Part shown: positions 26,128-28,175 of the stretch, piece by piece
Numbering within the stretch: position 1 is the stretch's first letter
Layout of the letters: each line of letters begins with the position of its first letter
Source of the DNA: Promethearchaeota archaeon Loki_b31
GTDB lineage: Archaea > Asgardarchaeota > Lokiarchaeia > Sigyniarchaeales > SOKP01
Direction of reading: 5' to 3'
Length of the DNA stretch: 28,175 bases
Assembly (NCBI GenBank): GCA_005222975.1
Contig: NJBI01000046.1
Location: forward strand, 1-28,175
The notes under the pieces: generated by a model
What the model saw: only the letters and a program-made list of their open reading frames with translations
Databases searched by the model: none
What the model was told of the DNA's origin: nothing
Translations under genes and position numbers: made by a program

Positions 26128-26859
26128 ATGGATTTAAGTAGATTTTTTGAAATCGAAAAAGGCAATACGCCGGTAATCTTATCTTGCCCTCACGGAGGCT
26201 ATAAAAAGCCAAAAAGGATAAAAAATAAAACTGCTGGGGAGAAAATTGCCGACAAGAACACTTTATTCATAGCAAAATTAATAATCAATCTACTTAAAGT
26301 AAAAAATATCGATATATATTACATTTTAAATAAGATTCATAGAAGTAAAATTGACTTAAACAGACCATCTCACTCAAAAAGTGCCTATAATCATTCCTCT
26401 ACCGAAGCTCAAAATATCTTTCGCGTGTATCAAGACCAATTAAATAATTATGCTCAAGAGTGCGTTTCAAAATACAATAGAGCTTTGATAATAGACTTTC
26501 ACGGGTTTACAAAGCCTTACAAGGGATATCCTGACGTGATATTTGGCCACATCTTTGGCAAAACGCTTGATCTTCTTGAAAATTCAAAGGAGCAAGATTG
26601 TAATAGATATTGGGGCTGTGCTCAATTACAAGACGAAATTTCTAAATTTTTTGTGTTGGACGATGGATTGGCCTTAACAAATTTTAATCTATCCTATTCA
26701 GGAGGATACATTACGCATCAATTTTACAATAGAAGTAATGTTAGCGCTATTCAAATCGAAGTCGCAAAAAAAATTCGCTTAGATTTTGATCGTACCAATA
26801 TTTTGGTCAAAGCTATAGCCAATGCTATTATTAAAGCAGTAAATAGAATAATAATCTAA
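26128..26859 (+). CDS. N-formylglutamate amidohydrolase-like protein
   Basis: ILSCPHGG, D..T, HRSKIDLNR, IIDFHG, YSGGYIT, AIQIEV. Confidence 0.8.
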   Translation: MDLSRFFEIEKGNTPVILSCPHGGYKKPKRIKNKTAGEKIADKNTLFIAKLIINLLKVKNIDIYYILNKIHRSKIDLNRPSHSKSAYNHSSTEAQNIFRVYQDQLNNYAQECVSKYNRALIIDFHGFTKPYKGYPDVIFGHIFGKTLDLLENSKEQDCNRYWGCAQLQDEISKFFVLDDGLALTNFNLSYSGGYITHQFYNRSNVSAIQIEVAKKIRLDFDRTNILVKAIANAIIKAVNRIII

Positions 26860-26918
26860 TAGCTTTTTATACTTAGTCATTGTTCTCCGCAAACGACATG
26901 ATTCAATAGTAAAGATTT

Positions 26919-27125
26919 CTATTTCCGGATAATGTAGTGAAAAATTGTAAAGAAAAAAAAGCCCGTAATAAAAATTAAGGTAACCATTATAGTTATAACA
27001 ACCTGATACTCAACCCAATTATTAAAGTCTCCAGTTGCCAGAAATGTAATGGAGAAAATTGTTGCGATTAAAAAGATAATTAAAAACGGTAGGGTTTTAC
27101 ATATTTCCTTAATTCGTTTATTCAT
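26919..27125 (-). CDS. Small two-TM membrane protein
   Basis: 68 aa with two hydrophobic helices and basic termini; co-oriented with the upstream hydrolase. Confidence 0.6.
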   Translation of the reverse strand: MNKRIKEICKTLPFLIIFLIATIFSITFLATGDFNNWVEYQVVITIMVTLIFITGFFFFTIFHYIIRK

Positions 27126-27183
27126 TATTTATATTAATCTTTGTTTGATATTTTAATATTTATATCGCATAAAGAACGCTTAG

Positions 27184-27972
27184 TTACTTCTTATTTACAA
27201 ATTTCAAAAAAGCTTTAACAACCATGTGAAACTTTGGATCAGGAACTACGGTTATGTGATCTTTGCCTTGGATCTGAAAATGGCAAGCTCCAGGAATCAA
27301 TTCTGCGACTAATGTTTTGTTAGTCATCAATGCATCGTCAGAACCTACGACGGATAACACCGGTACCTTAATATTTTTAAATGTTGATTTCATTTCTGAG
27401 AAAGAAGCAAAAATTTCGTCAACATCATGAGTGAATCCCATCATAACAGCCGTTAAAGCTTTCAAATCTGCGCCCGTTGATTCAGCAAACTTACGAAATT
27501 GTTTAGCTACGGGATTTTTTACTTGTTCAACGCTTTCAACACTAAACGCGTTAATTATAGGTTTGTTTGATTGCTCCATCTGTTCACGGTTAATTTGAGA
27601 AGGAATAAATCCACCTAAAACTGCGCTTTTAACCCTATTAGATTCGTGTAGTAATAACCCGAACGTGATACTCCCGCCCATAGAATACCCAAAGAAATTT
27701 GACTTTTCAATGGACAAATGATCCATCAATTTCACTATATCTTCCATCATTTTTTTACCATATTGAACAGGATCCGTGGGTTTATCGCTTTTTCCATGAC
27801 CTCGGCAATCTATCAAAATTAGTCTATTATTATCTTTTAAAGTTTTTATCCAGTTTGTTATTCTCCAATTGATTTCGATATTTCCGGCAAATCCATGGAT
27901 CATTATCAAATCAGGACCGTTTCCTTCAATTTCGTAATGTATTTTTACGCCTTCATTTTCAAAAAACGGCAT
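27184..27972 (-). CDS. Alpha/beta fold hydrolase
   Basis: MIHGF, DCRGHGKSD, nucleophile elbow GYSMG, VGSDD and catalytic His in GKDH. Confidence 0.93.
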   Translation of the reverse strand: MPFFENEGVKIHYEIEGNGPDLIMIHGFAGNIEINWRITNWIKTLKDNNRLILIDCRGHGKSDKPTDPVQYGKKMMEDIVKLMDHLSIEKSNFFGYSMGGSITFGLLLHESNRVKSAVLGGFIPSQINREQMEQSNKPIINAFSVESVEQVKNPVAKQFRKFAESTGADLKALTAVMMGFTHDVDEIFASFSEMKSTFKNIKVPVLSVVGSDDALMTNKTLVAELIPGACHFQIQGKDHITVVPDPKFHMVVKAFLKFVNKK

Positions 27973-28061
27973 TTTCTTTTAGCTCCAATAATATTATAAA
28001 TAACTATATCTTTTTTTCAATTTTTAAAATTATTTAAAATTAATAATTTAAATTCTTTTAC

Positions 28062-28175
28062 TTAGTCGTTATTTCTTATCCTTCTTAATTCTATTTTTAC
28101 GGTATTTGTATTATCTATACATTCTAACTCCACAATATCGGCATCCCCACCCCATTTTTGGAATGAACCTCCAAA
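28062..28175 (-). CDS. C-terminal fragment of a probable TIGR04076-like small protein (5' part outside window)
   Basis: Not in the ORF track. Reverse frame reads FGGSFQKWGGDADIVELECIDNTNTVKIELRRIRNND*, resembling the FGG.F.W...C.D....V..ELRRI ending of that family. Confidence 0.55.
   Translation of the reverse strand, partial: FGGSFQKWGGDADIVELECIDNTNTVKIELRRIRNND

Overview
AT-rich archaeal chromosomal window. The gene content points to an Asgard archaeon, most likely Lokiarchaeia (inference): two roadblock/LC7 proteins, a 7TM protein with a longin-like tail, a vWA protein with RING-like fingers, archaeal-type MetRS and large sequon-rich surface proteins. It opens with the 3' end of an IS630-family element, then Lrp divergent from tusA-dsrE2-like genes. 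A co-oriented minus-strand block follows: beta-helix surface protein, double winged-helix regulator, 7TM-longin-like protein, a short peptide with a C-terminal membrane anchor, and an RRE-bearing radical SAM/SPASM enzyme. The last two are a candidate new RiPP-like system. Further on are GNAT, a SagB-type nitroreductase, membrane and HEAT-like proteins, a P-loop ATPase, a highly divergent RtcB-like protein, metG, an Ssl1/p44-like vWA-double-RING protein, an M20 hydrolase, a 1396-aa membrane-anchored surface protein, a divergent roadblock pair and several hydrolases. No rRNA, tRNA or CRISPR array was seen. All family calls are by eye from motifs; no searches were run.
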